From positions 1-40,207 of IMG/VR virus record IMGVR_UViG_3300032373_000042: a stretch of DNA of 40,207 nucleotides. One strand, written 5' to 3'. Numbering within the stretch: position 1 is the first letter of the stretch; the number at the start of each line of letters is the position of its first letter. Source of the stretch: a virus (taxonomy: Duplodnaviria; Caudoviricetes). Positions 1 through 10,838 of the stretch are shown piece by piece. Made by a program: the position numbers and the translations under genes. The notes under the pieces were generated by a model. It made no database searches, was not told the origin of the DNA, and was given only the letters and a program-made list of their open reading frames with translations.

Positions 1-1
1 A

Positions 2-1186
2 TATCCGATCTGCATACGCTACACAATATCCAGTAGCGGCGTTTATGCTGTTAACTCTATTAGTAATAGTATTATGTCCTGTATTAACCATAGAGACACC
101 TAATACCTGTAAATTATCTAAGTTACCAGTAGCTTTAAATACAAACCCTATTCTAATTACCTTACCCGATAAAGCAAGTAGGGGCAAAAAAGGCGGGTCG
201 CTTGGTATATCCTGTCTCATAGGCACGATAGACCCTAATAATTGATTTGTAGTAACTCCGCTTGGTATTGTTATAGTTTGCCCGCTTATAGTACTACCAT
301 CCGACAATAAAGAAAAAACATCTACGGGTATTTTTAATCTTGTTTTTCTTACATCGTGATTCTCTGTAACAATATCCACCTCTAAGCTATTAACATCCGT
401 TTTCAAAGTAGCAATATTAGCCGTGTTTGTTATAGGGTTATAAACTTCTTTATCTATCTTTAAGGTGTACGGGTGTCCTACTGGCGTTCCCGAGTTTGAA
501 TTTTGTACCGCCATATAAAAAGTATTGACCGGTATATTCTCTATTAATGTATCGTTATACGTTTGAGCAGACCCACCCTCTATTTGAGCAGATATAAAAA
601 TCCCGTGTACATCATAAAAAGCATATTTAACTTGGTTCGCCGCACTCCTACCGCTGTGATAGTATCTATTATTAGTATCAATAATAAATTTATCATAACA
701 TCTAAAATTATTATTTGCACTAATACCACCACTTGTATTTATATACAAAGCCTCTAGAGTTTGCACCTCCTCGGTTAAAACATCCCAACTAGGAGTCCCC
801 GTGCTTTCTCTAATCTTAAACCAAGTAGCACGCATACTGGCTGCGTTAAATCCGTCCGCTAAATCAAATACATTGTTTATTATAGCTCCTGTGTTATAGA
901 AATCCCAAGTAGTACCGTTAAAAACAATAAAGTAAACCGCCTCGTTTTTTATCTCATACCCCCCAAAATTAGCGTAAATGCCTTTTGTTTTTGCTATGTA
1001 TATTTCCTCCTTTTCGGGAGTCCCCGGATTTGTTACAGGAGTTGCCTCTCCTTTTATTACCTCTCTGCCTAACTGTGGGATTATATTGTTATTAAGTAAA
1101 TCTTTTAAGATAGTCCCTGTTATTTCCTTGTTTCCGTTTGCTGTTATTACTGCGGTAACTGCGCTTTTTAGTGCTTCCCAACTCAT
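2..1186 (-). CDS. Tail fibre / receptor-binding-like virion protein (partial, runs off left edge)
   Basis: Not in ORF track because it has no stop in the window. ATG at 1186, 3 nt after the stop of the 1190-2068 gene; reads MSWEALKSAVTAVITANGNKEITGTILKDLLNNNIIPQLG...AYADRI. Product inferred from position after the tail genes. Confidence 0.65.
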   Translation of the reverse strand, partial: MSWEALKSAVTAVITANGNKEITGTILKDLLNNNIIPQLGREVIKGEATPVTNPGTPEKEEIYIAKTKGIYANFGGYEIKNEAVYFIVFNGTTWDFYNTGAIINNVFDLADGFNAASMRATWFKIRESTGTPSWDVLTEEVQTLEALYINTSGGISANNNFRCYDKFIIDTNNRYYHSGRSAANQVKYAFYDVHGIFISAQIEGGSAQTYNDTLIENIPVNTFYMAVQNSNSGTPVGHPYTLKIDKEVYNPITNTANIATLKTDVNSLEVDIVTENHDVRKTRLKIPVDVFSLLSDGSTISGQTITIPSGVTTNQLLGSIVPMRQDIPSDPPFLPLLALSGKVIRIGFVFKATGNLDNLQVLGVSMVNTGHNTITNRVNSINAATGYCVAYADRI

Positions 1187-1189
1187 TTT

Positions 1190-2068
1190 TTAAGAATTAA
1201 AATCATTATTAAAATCGTTATTAAAATCCCCTGATCCTCCAGACGAAACAATACTTTTACCTATTTTCTTTATTACTGTATCACATTCAAACTCAGCTTC
1301 GACCGATGCCAAATCGCCTTGGTCTTGCCATTTGGGATTGATTATGATTGTTTCAACATCGTATATCTCTCCTTTTGATAATATTTCGATGCGGTCGTGC
1401 ATCCTTACAATTCGTAAAGCATCCAAAAGAAATTCAGGTGCAATAAAAGTAAATTTATACTTTTTTTCGCTTATTTGTTTTTCAATGAATACGTGTCCAT
1501 CTCGTTTTTGTGCGACTTCCTCGAATGGGTATTCAGGTTTCCCAACCTCTGTTGGCAAATATACGTAATTTTTATATTGCGTTGAATAATCGATATGTCC
1601 GTCCGAGTGTATAAAATTATCTTGATCCCAATAAGTCAATTTTAAATACTGTGCGGTGTCTCTAACAATATTAAAAACATCGCTAAACCAAGTATTGCCG
1701 GCGGTGTCCCCTATTTCCAAATAATGTTTACCTAATGGCATTTGTGTAGTTGGTAAAATTAATAAAGAAGGATTTATTAAAAGGTCGTAACCTTCAGAGG
1801 AAAACTCCAAAACACCCAATCCCGCAGATATGGCCTCGGCTAAAATGTTTATACTTGTGCCAGTATCTAAATTTATTAAATTCAATTTATTAATTGTACC
1901 CCCCACGGCGTGATCTCTACGTATTTGAAAAGGTAACAAACGCACATTTTCAGATATTAGATTGAATGTCTGTTCAAACGCATAGAATTTTCGATGGTGC
2001 TGTTTCTCTACCGAATCGTAAAAAGGTAATATGTTTAAATTGTTGTTAGGCGTTTCCATCCGTGTCAT
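1190..2068 (-). CDS. Minor tail protein
   Basis: 292-aa ORF downstream of the tape measure and large tail gene; C-terminal DFNNDFNNDF repeat. Start could be the Met at 2059. Confidence 0.6.
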   Translation of the reverse strand: MTRMETPNNNLNILPFYDSVEKQHHRKFYAFEQTFNLISENVRLLPFQIRRDHAVGGTINKLNLINLDTGTSINILAEAISAGLGVLEFSSEGYDLLINPSLLILPTTQMPLGKHYLEIGDTAGNTWFSDVFNIVRDTAQYLKLTYWDQDNFIHSDGHIDYSTQYKNYVYLPTEVGKPEYPFEEVAQKRDGHVFIEKQISEKKYKFTFIAPEFLLDALRIVRMHDRIEILSKGEIYDVETIIINPKWQDQGDLASVEAEFECDTVIKKIGKSIVSSGGSGDFNNDFNNDFNS

Positions 2069-4592
2069 GTTTTAAAGTTCCGCTTACCATATAACTTTCC
2101 AAATCTACGGATATTTTTTCGATCTTACCGTCTCCCAATCCTGTTGATATTAATTGGTACGGGTTAAATACTGAATTTAAAGGGAATTTTACTTGTTGTT
2201 TTTTCTGTTTTGTAATATTACTGTACAAAATTACGTCCTCGCCGTTTATGTTAACCCTATCCGACGGTAGGTCGCTCGTGTGATATTTACCGTGTATGTA
2301 GGACCAGGATAAAAAACCGTTTTGCAACATAAATTGTTTACCGTCCGGGTTGTACCATCTGAAATATGGTACTTTGTAAACCCCTGACTCGTTAACTGCT
2401 CCGATTAATACAAAACCGTCTTTGCTTATCTCTTGCGGGTTTGCCTGTATAAAATCAATGTCAGTCGTAAACCCTCCGATATTCGAGTCCTCGATTTTAC
2501 CTTCCTGGGTAAAATTACTAATTATATTTATCGGGTTTCCTTGAAAAACTGGACTTACATCATCCATCCAACCATACTCGTATCTCTCGGCCATGGCTTC
2601 TTTATCGTACTCGAAATTATTTTGTAAAAAATCCCAACTTTTATTGTTTTTTATATTTTGTAAAGTTGTTAAATCTGTACCGATTAAAGATGCAAAGGCG
2701 TAAGTACCTCCTTTTTGATACCAACTGATATGCTCCAATCTTAACCGTCCGTTGTCAATGTGCCAATGTACTTTGAATACGTCTGCTAACATTTTTAAAA
2801 TTTGTTGCAAACTTATATCGGCTTTTTTCGATGGTTGGTCGTATGTTGAATTTATAATATTAGATTTAGGAGTAATAAAATAATCTAAATTCCCAATACT
2901 CGTCGGGTTGTTGAAAGTGCTATAAGTACCCAAATAAGCAAACCCACCTAAAGGATTGGTCGTTGCATAAAAAAACTCGCTATGTTCGACATCGTTTAAA
3001 AATGATACGTTTGCCCCCATTTCAGAAAGTAATTTTTGTATTGCAGACGCCAAGGGAAAAGAGTCTCGCAACGTGAATTCCAAGCCGTCTCCGTACTCTG
3101 TAAACTGTACCGAATCGTCTGTAATAAACCAAAGAGATAAAGCCTTCCAATTGCTCATATTTATAGGGATTGGCTCTCTGTCTATTCCCGTGGATGGTGC
3201 TAATTGCAAACCTCGGTAGTATTTACCTCCGTCTGGGGCATCGTCAGGAACTCGGCCGTATTTTGTTGGTACGGTTAAAAATTCTTCGTAAATTAAAAAA
3301 CGAGTTGTACCTAAATCATACCCAATAACTCTTTTATAATTAGAATTATTTGCCACTATGTCGGTGCTTGGTATCTCGTAGGTATCAACGGTACCGGTGT
3401 TAAATATATCGGTGTAATATCTTGCGAAAATTTTATACTCAACAAAATAAAAAGATCCTGTTTCTCCACCTACTCCTGAAAATAAAAGAGAATTTACAGA
3501 CGTGTAATTCCAATCCGTAGACTCTGTCTCATACAACACCGTGTTATCGCTCACTCTCTTTATTTGGAATTTTTTACCATACCAAAAAGGACCGGAGAGC
3601 TCCACTTCTACCAATCTGTAAAGACCGTTTGCGTTCAATCTTGCGTCGTCGTAAGCCCCGGTAACGTCTGTACTTAAACTCGCCCCAACCGTTGTTGGTA
3701 TATTCCGTATTGTTTGAGTTTTAAAAAATTTATAAGTATTTGTTAAAACGGATTCGTCGAACTCTGGGTCTATTTGCAATTCCTGTTCCCAATGAGTACC
3801 GCCTAAAACATTAGTCAGCACCGTATCGCCAGGTATATAAATTTGAATTATAGGCCTCCTATTTACTTGGATTGCTTGTATTTCTGGGGATAGCTCTAAA
3901 AGGTTGTATGTTTTTTGCATCCCGCCGATTACCTTTTCGTAATCGTCTAAAACTTTAGTTCGTACCTCAACCGTTAAATTATCGTCGTTGAATTTACAAT
4001 CCGTTTTAAAAAAATAGCCGATATATTTTTCCAATATACTGTCGGAATCTTCGATCTCTAAAAACATTTCAGTATCAAAAGGCAATGCCGAAATATAATT
4101 GTAGTCAGTTTTTTGGAGGGTTAAATTTCCTTTTAGTTTTCGTCGATAGTATTCGCCTGCACCCGATTTGTCGTAATCCAATTTTAAAGATTTATAAATC
4201 GGATAAACTTCTCTCGATGTATAAAATGGCTCGTATGGCGTTCCTGTCAAACGGGCAAAACAAACGTTTGCAGTCCCTAAGCCGTTTTCGTTGGCTTGAA
4301 ATGCAAGTTTAAGTCCGTACACCCCTGAAGGGATTGTAATTTCAGTATTGAAGGTAAAATCTTCGTCAACTATTTGCCCCCAATAATCGAATAAGGTTGC
4401 GTGTCTATTTGGGTATGATATCGTTCCCGATTCTGAATACGTATAAACTCCCGGAGTTACTGCGATTTTCTCGGTATGGTCGTAACCGCTTAACGGCGTA
4501 ACCGCATCAGGTAAATACCCCTGTCGTATTTTATATGGATCTATTAAATTTTTACCCGATGAAACCCTATGTTTTAAGATAAATTTATACAT
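2046..4592 (-). CDS. Large tail protein (baseplate hub / distal tail-like)
   Basis: 848-aa ORF overlapping the end of the tape measure gene; product inferred from synteny. Confidence 0.6.
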   Translation of the reverse strand: MYKFILKHRVSSGKNLIDPYKIRQGYLPDAVTPLSGYDHTEKIAVTPGVYTYSESGTISYPNRHATLFDYWGQIVDEDFTFNTEITIPSGVYGLKLAFQANENGLGTANVCFARLTGTPYEPFYTSREVYPIYKSLKLDYDKSGAGEYYRRKLKGNLTLQKTDYNYISALPFDTEMFLEIEDSDSILEKYIGYFFKTDCKFNDDNLTVEVRTKVLDDYEKVIGGMQKTYNLLELSPEIQAIQVNRRPIIQIYIPGDTVLTNVLGGTHWEQELQIDPEFDESVLTNTYKFFKTQTIRNIPTTVGASLSTDVTGAYDDARLNANGLYRLVEVELSGPFWYGKKFQIKRVSDNTVLYETESTDWNYTSVNSLLFSGVGGETGSFYFVEYKIFARYYTDIFNTGTVDTYEIPSTDIVANNSNYKRVIGYDLGTTRFLIYEEFLTVPTKYGRVPDDAPDGGKYYRGLQLAPSTGIDREPIPINMSNWKALSLWFITDDSVQFTEYGDGLEFTLRDSFPLASAIQKLLSEMGANVSFLNDVEHSEFFYATTNPLGGFAYLGTYSTFNNPTSIGNLDYFITPKSNIINSTYDQPSKKADISLQQILKMLADVFKVHWHIDNGRLRLEHISWYQKGGTYAFASLIGTDLTTLQNIKNNKSWDFLQNNFEYDKEAMAERYEYGWMDDVSPVFQGNPINIISNFTQEGKIEDSNIGGFTTDIDFIQANPQEISKDGFVLIGAVNESGVYKVPYFRWYNPDGKQFMLQNGFLSWSYIHGKYHTSDLPSDRVNINGEDVILYSNITKQKKQQVKFPLNSVFNPYQLISTGLGDGKIEKISVDLESYMVSGTLKHDTDGNA

Positions 4593-7524
4593 AAATTCGT
4601 TTGATATTTTTGTAAACCTCTACCAAACGACCTTCGCCATCGATGTAAGTTCTCTTTTCGCCATTCTGTCGGATTGCTTCCAAACTGTTTTCCATCTTGG
4701 AAAAATCGGAGTTGCTCTCGGCAAAGATAACTTTATTATTTTCGTCCACGAAACTGTTTGAGTAAGCCTTCTCAAATGTTCCGGCGTTCAAACTTTTAAT
4801 TATTCCCGGTAATGCGCTTTTATATTTACGTGTATTTTTACGGTTTATGATAGCCATAGCCTCGCCACCTTCAGCGGTTCTCTGTTTTCCGCTGTCAGTT
4901 GTACCGATAGGAATATCGTTTCCGCTTGCATGACTCCCCCCATTTAAAAACTCCAATCCACCGTCTCCGAATTTTTCTTTTGCTGCTTGTTTGGCTTTTA
5001 TTTTACTGGCTGCAAAACTCCCCCACATTGTACCGATTGCCGCAACTGCGAGAGCTGGTCCGATTATAGGGATTCCCGCTAAAGATTTCCAAATCTGTAC
5101 CGATGCAGTAAGAAGTCCCGCCGATTGTGTAACGGTATCGATTGCCGCTTGGGCTTTCTGTGCTTTCTTTTTCTCTTTTAAAGCATCCGCCTCCTGCTTC
5201 TTTTTGAGTTCCAATTCCCTTTGTGCCTGAATAACATTGTTGGCGTACCCGTTGTTTCGGTTCTCGATTTCCCGGTCCAATTTAGATTGTGCCTCGGCTG
5301 TTTCCTCTTGGGATTTTTGCAGAACAATATCCGCCGCCTCAACTCTCGCCGCTGCAATCGATTTGATTCCATCGATAACTATCCCGACGCCTTCTTCGAC
5401 TGCCGCTTTTTGTTCGTCGTCTAAATTTAAACCTAATTTGGAATAAATATCCCCTCCAGATTGTTTTGCGTTTTTGTCAATCTCTTGGTTTATTTTTGCA
5501 ATAACGTTTTTCATTGTTGCAATTTGCAACGCCGATAAATCGCCACCCGCTTTTTTGTTTAGATCCAAAATCTTTTGGATTCTGTCTTTTTCAGCTTCTA
5601 AACGTAATTTAGTTTTTTCCGCTTCGGTTGATTTCAGAATATCAATTCGAGACATTTCCAAATCATATTCCTGATCGATGGCAGTTTCCGCAGCTTTGTA
5701 TTTTTCCTGTCTGTTTTTTTCCTCGTTAGCCTTTTTAGTTTCCGCCAATTTATCTTGGTCCTGTTGTAATTTCTCACCAAGTTTCAAAATATCGTCCGCC
5801 AACTTTGCGTCGATAACTCGTTTTTGGAGTGCGTAATCTTCGTCGGAAATTAACTGTAATTCTTTTCGTTTGTTTAATTCCGTCAAAGTAATAGCGGAAT
5901 TCTCTTTTAAAATTTCGGTCGATAGTTGGGCGTTTGCTTTTAACGCTTTATTTTTCTCGTCGTAAGTAGATTTGTCCGAGGCAATAATCGCATCGTTTGC
6001 CAAAATTGCCGATGTCTGCTCGAATTTGTTTAGGGAGGCATACGCTTTTAACCTCTCTTTTTGTTGTTTGAATGCCTCCAACCTCAACATATTCATGCGG
6101 CGAATACGTTGTCGTCTCAGGTTATCGAATGCCGTTTCGGCGTTGAATACTTCCGCCTCAGCTTCCGCAATCGCTTTCTTTGCTTCGATGTCGTCAACTG
6201 CTAAATTCGAGGTCTGTTGTAATATACTGGCTTTTGCTTTCGCCAATTTTATAGTATTTGCCAATGCTTTTTCGTCGAGGTCGAATGATTTTTCCAGAGT
6301 CTCGATACTTTTTTCAGCGTCCAAGAGTTTAAGACGTTCGGCGTCCCCTCTCGCTTTTGCTGAGGCTTTATTCAATTTGGCATTTTCTACAATTACCCGT
6401 CTTTCTTCTCTGTTATATGCTGCCTGAGCGTCTGCCAATTTCTTAGCGGCGATAATATCTCTTTGTATTTCGTTTCCTAAATCCTTTGCTTTGTCAATTG
6501 CACCGCTGAAATTTTCGACGATTGCTTTACCCAATTTAACTTGTTCAGCAACCAAATTTTTTGTTTCAGTTTGCAGCTCTTTTAATTCTTTTTTAAATTT
6601 ATCGGCTTCCTCGGCATCTCCAGTAAATTCATTCCATGCAATTCGTATTTTTAATATCCCCGCTTTGAATCCGTTAATAAAAAGTTTAAAATTGTTAATA
6701 AACATTTTAAACGCTTTCGGAATAGTGTCGAACAACGCAATACCAATCAACGTAAGGACATCCATAAAATTATCGAAAATAGACGATGCCACGACCATAA
6801 CTTTATTTAAACGATCCTGTCCCTCCTCGCTTCTTTTCATTGCTTTTACAAACAACATAAAAAGACCGGCGATTAACGCTATAATTGCGACGATAGGATG
6901 TGCAGCCAATACCAACAATTGTTTTCCAATGGCTTTTGTACCTGAAACAACGCCGTTCATTGAACCAGGCAATGCGCCTAATGCGTCTTTATAATTACCA
7001 ACATTAAGAGACGTTTTACCCGTCGCCTCTTGTAAACGTTTCATTTCCTCGTAAAGTGCCTTTGAATCTTTTTCCAGTTTTTTACCGGCTTTCGACCCAT
7101 CTCTCTGGGCTTTACTCATGGCGTTTAACTTGATCTTATTCAAACTATATTGGGCGGATAGTTTGTTGTATGATCCCTCAGTCGAGGCGTTAATCTTTGC
7201 CGTAAGTTTATTGATGTTGTTTTGTTGCTGTTGTTTTGCCTTCAGGACGGCGATCTCTTTTGCCACTCCTGACTGTGATTTCTTTAAATCGTCGTTTGCC
7301 TTTGCCAGTTTGTCGGCATCGGTTGCAGATTTACGGGTGGCCTCTCGACCTTCCTCGGTCGCACTGTTTACGCTTTTCAAAGACTTTGTGATTTTATCTG
7401 CGTCGCCTCGAATCTTTGCCTCCAGTTCCGTATATTTAGTTTGTAGCTGTTCAAGTTGCACAATCAGATTCGATACACTCTGGTCTGGTTGTATAAATTC
7501 AGAATATTTAATCGGATTGTCCAT
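4585..7524 (-). CDS. Tail tape measure protein
   Basis: 979 aa, Ala/Lys/Glu-rich coiled-coil composition with hydrophobic segments (PIVAIIALIAGLFMLF, IPIIGPALAVAAIG); typical position. Confidence 0.85.
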   Translation of the reverse strand: MDNPIKYSEFIQPDQSVSNLIVQLEQLQTKYTELEAKIRGDADKITKSLKSVNSATEEGREATRKSATDADKLAKANDDLKKSQSGVAKEIAVLKAKQQQQNNINKLTAKINASTEGSYNKLSAQYSLNKIKLNAMSKAQRDGSKAGKKLEKDSKALYEEMKRLQEATGKTSLNVGNYKDALGALPGSMNGVVSGTKAIGKQLLVLAAHPIVAIIALIAGLFMLFVKAMKRSEEGQDRLNKVMVVASSIFDNFMDVLTLIGIALFDTIPKAFKMFINNFKLFINGFKAGILKIRIAWNEFTGDAEEADKFKKELKELQTETKNLVAEQVKLGKAIVENFSGAIDKAKDLGNEIQRDIIAAKKLADAQAAYNREERRVIVENAKLNKASAKARGDAERLKLLDAEKSIETLEKSFDLDEKALANTIKLAKAKASILQQTSNLAVDDIEAKKAIAEAEAEVFNAETAFDNLRRQRIRRMNMLRLEAFKQQKERLKAYASLNKFEQTSAILANDAIIASDKSTYDEKNKALKANAQLSTEILKENSAITLTELNKRKELQLISDEDYALQKRVIDAKLADDILKLGEKLQQDQDKLAETKKANEEKNRQEKYKAAETAIDQEYDLEMSRIDILKSTEAEKTKLRLEAEKDRIQKILDLNKKAGGDLSALQIATMKNVIAKINQEIDKNAKQSGGDIYSKLGLNLDDEQKAAVEEGVGIVIDGIKSIAAARVEAADIVLQKSQEETAEAQSKLDREIENRNNGYANNVIQAQRELELKKKQEADALKEKKKAQKAQAAIDTVTQSAGLLTASVQIWKSLAGIPIIGPALAVAAIGTMWGSFAASKIKAKQAAKEKFGDGGLEFLNGGSHASGNDIPIGTTDSGKQRTAEGGEAMAIINRKNTRKYKSALPGIIKSLNAGTFEKAYSNSFVDENNKVIFAESNSDFSKMENSLEAIRQNGEKRTYIDGEGRLVEVYKNIKRIYV

Positions 7525-7526
7525 AC

Positions 7527-8306
7527 TTATTTTTTACTGTGTTTCTTTTTTATGTACTCGAATTTACTAAAAAATTGCATCGCCGTAAGGTCGTCAACTC
7601 TCGCCCCCGTTTCAGATTCTAAAAAGGTACACGCTTCCTCGAATTGCTTATCGTATATAATTTCGACACTTTCTTTGCCCGCAAAAGATTTTGGGTTTAC
7701 CAAACTCATTAAGTAATCGTCGATTTTATGTATTTTTTCTGTCTCTTTTTTATTGGTTTGGATTTCCGATAAAATTAAAAGAGTTCTATTTCTTATTCTG
7801 TCGTGGTATTCTTTTACTTGGGCGTCCTCGAATTGCCCAGGAAAATAAACGACCAATTCCAAATCGATTTTTTTTTTAATAGAATCGATAACATCGTCTA
7901 TAAAACCCCTTTTTTCGTTGTCGAATGAATCGGCAATCCGTTTAATGTTTTCGTCGGACAAGTCCGTAACCTCTTTACCGTTTATACTCTTTACCAGAAT
8001 GGCAAAGGATAAATGTCGGACATTGGTTTCGTTTGCGATCATGTATAAAGATGTCCTCAAATTTTCCAATTGCGCTTGGGCGTTTTTCTCGTCTTTTTTT
8101 GAGATGTAACGGGCAATTTTTGCAATGTGTCCGTTTATATCGTTTAGATCCGAACCGATGCCACTATCAACCAACATATATTTATTGAATTTATGATAAC
8201 GACGGATTGGTAAATCGTCTATTGCATCATAAAACACTACTTTTTTTCTACCTATTTGTATAGTTCTCATATCAAAACTCGGGTTATTGGTGTCGATACA
8301 AAGCAA
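7527..8306 (-). CDS. Probable tail assembly chaperone
   Basis: ORF immediately upstream of the tape measure; likely true start is MRTIQIG (about 8270, ATGA overlap with the upstream gene); internal A10 tract. Confidence 0.5.
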   Translation of the reverse strand: MLCIDTNNPSFDMRTIQIGRKKVVFYDAIDDLPIRRYHKFNKYMLVDSGIGSDLNDINGHIAKIARYISKKDEKNAQAQLENLRTSLYMIANETNVRHLSFAILVKSINGKEVTDLSDENIKRIADSFDNEKRGFIDDVIDSIKKKIDLELVVYFPGQFEDAQVKEYHDRIRNRTLLILSEIQTNKKETEKIHKIDDYLMSLVNPKSFAGKESVEIIYDKQFEEACTFLESETGARVDDLTAMQFFSKFEYIKKKHSKK

Positions 8307-8512
8307 AATAATAATACCGTTGCATCCCTAACAAAAATATACAAAATAATCGACATAAATACGTTGATCCAGAACGACAAACAAAAGTCGCACCCAAATA
8401 ATTTTGATACAAACTTCGATCCGTGCATTTGTGCGTACTCTCGCAGTCCTATTTTAGAGATGAAAAGGATTAAAAATGCAGAAAACAAAGAAGATATTAT
8501 AATTAAATCCAT
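8267..8512 (-). CDS. Small membrane protein
   Basis: 81 aa, 2-3 hydrophobic segments and a CDFC motif; tightly coupled to its neighbours. Confidence 0.6.
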   Translation of the reverse strand: MDLIIISSLFSAFLILFISKIGLREYAQMHGSKFVSKLFGCDFCLSFWINVFMSIILYIFVRDATVLLFCFVSTPITRVLI

Positions 8513-8513
8513 A

Positions 8514-9080
8514 TTAGCAAGTTGTATCGGTGTAATCCATAACGCCGTCGAACCTCAGCCCGGCGAATGGCTGCATTAAAAATTGGCTGTCAAGTTCGTT
8601 GACGCTATATTCTTTATAAATGTTTTTTGCATCCTTTTTGATTTCAGACATTTTAATACTGCCTTTGTTCAATAGCATTTTAGTATTTAACACCGTCAAG
8701 ATTTGCAATTTAATTGCCTCCAAACTTCTGTCTTTTTGATCGACAAATATTTTACTGAGATCAAACCAAAATACAATGCTGAATTTTTGACTTACTTTTA
8801 TGTAAGGTTTCAGAGTGCTGTCGATTGTCCGCGGATCTTCAAAGATTAAAAAACTAAAATTACCCAACTCTTGGTCCGGGAAAACATTAATATATTTTTC
8901 GTACCCGATATGTACTGCCGGATAAACTTTCTTTGTGTCTTTGTCGATTAGCTTTTGACTGCGGCCGAATGAATGGCCGAGCCATGATATATTCGCTTTT
9001 AAAATATCCTGAATCTGTACCACTACAACATCCATAAAAGCGGGGTTCTCTGGTTTTGGTACTGCTGCTATTTTTGTCAT
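8514..9080 (-). CDS. Neck / tail terminator-like structural protein
   Basis: 188 aa in the head-tail junction; product inferred from synteny only. Confidence 0.5.
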   Translation of the reverse strand: MTKIAAVPKPENPAFMDVVVVQIQDILKANISWLGHSFGRSQKLIDKDTKKVYPAVHIGYEKYINVFPDQELGNFSFLIFEDPRTIDSTLKPYIKVSQKFSIVFWFDLSKIFVDQKDRSLEAIKLQILTVLNTKMLLNKGSIKMSEIKKDAKNIYKEYSVNELDSQFLMQPFAGLRFDGVMDYTDTTC

Positions 9081-9517
9081 ATCTTTTTTAGTATTTTAAT
9101 GAGTTCCGGTGCCACGTAGTTGATTGCTAAATCTCTGAAATTCTCGTCTGTTAATCCCAAAATACTTTCGCCGTAATGGGCAACTAAATTATTTGCTTTC
9201 CAATCGGCGGCCTTTATTTGGAAACCGTCAGCGGAAAACTCTATAAAAAGAGAGAAATGGAAGTCCCCTTCGTCCCGGAGTGTTACTCTGTTGGTTGGCT
9301 GTCCTTTTGCTCTTTTTATGAATACCGTTGCATCGCTATAAGGTGCAAAGCTCGCTATCTTTACATCGTATCGATTGACTCCCTTTTCAAACAACTGTAT
9401 TTCGGAATTCATATCCAAAATAATTTCTTTGTTTGCCTCCAGAGTGAAACGGATTGCCTCGAACATTTCTGTTTCTAAGGATTTCAAACGCTGTATTAAA
9501 TCCGATAACCGCTTCAA
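9077..9517 (-). CDS. Virion morphogenesis / tail completion-like protein
   Basis: 146 aa with a KRAKGQPTNRVTLRDEGDF motif resembling phage neck/morphogenesis proteins. Confidence 0.55.
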   Translation of the reverse strand: MKRLSDLIQRLKSLETEMFEAIRFTLEANKEIILDMNSEIQLFEKGVNRYDVKIASFAPYSDATVFIKRAKGQPTNRVTLRDEGDFHFSLFIEFSADGFQIKAADWKANNLVAHYGESILGLTDENFRDLAINYVAPELIKILKKI

Positions 9518-9519
9518 AA

Positions 9520-10818
9520 TTAAACGGTTTTATATCGAACTCCACCATTTTTGCATGGCGTACATACTCGACTCATATTTTTAACGTCTAAACTAACGGC
9601 CTCCATGGCGTTGGTAAAGTCGTAACCTAATCCGCTTTTTTTATAACTCTGACTATCGCCGTCAAGTTCGTACAGAATTTCCATTTTGGTAAATCCTGGG
9701 TTTTGTTGCGCCCTTCCAATTTTATAACTCGGATTATATGCAAACTCTCGCAGCATATCGATAGCAACTTGCAATCCGATAATATTTTGGAATGCCTTTT
9801 TTTGCTGTATAATAATATCCGTTATATCGCATTCGATTGTTACCTGAAGGTTTAATCCGTAATTGGTTTCGTATGTATAAAGATTGTTTGCTACATCCCA
9901 AATTGCGCCACCGACTAACTGGTCCGATGCAATTTTAAATGGGTGTACCTCCAGATACTTACTCCAAATTCTATAAGCCGAAACCTCGTTCCTGTCGCAA
10001 GTTCCACACGGTCTTTTGCTCCAATCTTTATCCTTTGATATTGCCTGACCTACCGACACCGCCGATTGATCGTAAACGAGATACCAACTTCCGCCGGAGT
10101 CTATGTCGCTACTTGAATAAGGGAGTAAGAAGTCGGCAACGTCGAACCATTGCATACCGCCGTCTCTTGTACGTGTGAATGTTTCTGTTTTTATTGGTTG
10201 GTTTCTACTTGAATGATACAAATACAAAGTTACATCCTGAGTTCCTGTGAACTGCAACCCTATTTTATCGATCTTTAATGTTACGCCGTTGGCTCTAATC
10301 GGTACAAGCTCAAAGCCCACAAAGTTAGATCCGTTCGGTAATAGATTTTTGATCCTGGCCGTGCCGTTAAAAAGTGTTTTACTTTCTAAAATATTACGCA
10401 TTTGATTGTCCGCCATCTTACTGTCCCAAAAAGAACGTATCGCCTTCAATACACTTGCATTTGTTTTCGTCTCCAACCATTCCGAGAATGCGTCGAAACG
10501 TTCCCATTGTGTCGGATTTGTCTCAGGTGTCAATCCTATATTATCGGCTTTCGCTCTGTAATGGAGTTCGCCAACGGTAACACGGTCGCCGATTCTGAAC
10601 TGCGAACCGATTAACCATTCGCCGTAAGTAATGTTTTTAAAATCGGGCGCAATCGCTTTGATGTTGTCCAGAGTTAAAAGCGGGTGTACCTCTTGGTAAT
10701 ATTGCCCGGTAATTGTTTGCGTAAGACTGTCCGAAATAGTAAACGCCTCAGTATCGTAATTTTGTCGCCATCCCCAAAGATCGGTTAAATTGGCTTTTAT
10801 ATCGTTAGGTCTGTACAT
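9520..10818 (-). CDS. Structural protein (head-tail adaptor-like) with CBM5/12-like insert
   Basis: Track ORF 9520-10854; start moved to MYRPND at 10818 because the longer start lies inside the capsid terminator. Directly follows the capsid gene. Confidence 0.55.
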   Translation of the reverse strand: MYRPNDIKANLTDLWGWRQNYDTEAFTISDSLTQTITGQYYQEVHPLLTLDNIKAIAPDFKNITYGEWLIGSQFRIGDRVTVGELHYRAKADNIGLTPETNPTQWERFDAFSEWLETKTNASVLKAIRSFWDSKMADNQMRNILESKTLFNGTARIKNLLPNGSNFVGFELVPIRANGVTLKIDKIGLQFTGTQDVTLYLYHSSRNQPIKTETFTRTRDGGMQWFDVADFLLPYSSSDIDSGGSWYLVYDQSAVSVGQAISKDKDWSKRPCGTCDRNEVSAYRIWSKYLEVHPFKIASDQLVGGAIWDVANNLYTYETNYGLNLQVTIECDITDIIIQQKKAFQNIIGLQVAIDMLREFAYNPSYKIGRAQQNPGFTKMEILYELDGDSQSYKKSGLGYDFTNAMEAVSLDVKNMSRVCTPCKNGGVRYKTV

Positions 10819-10838
10819 GGTGTTAATGTTTTTAAACG

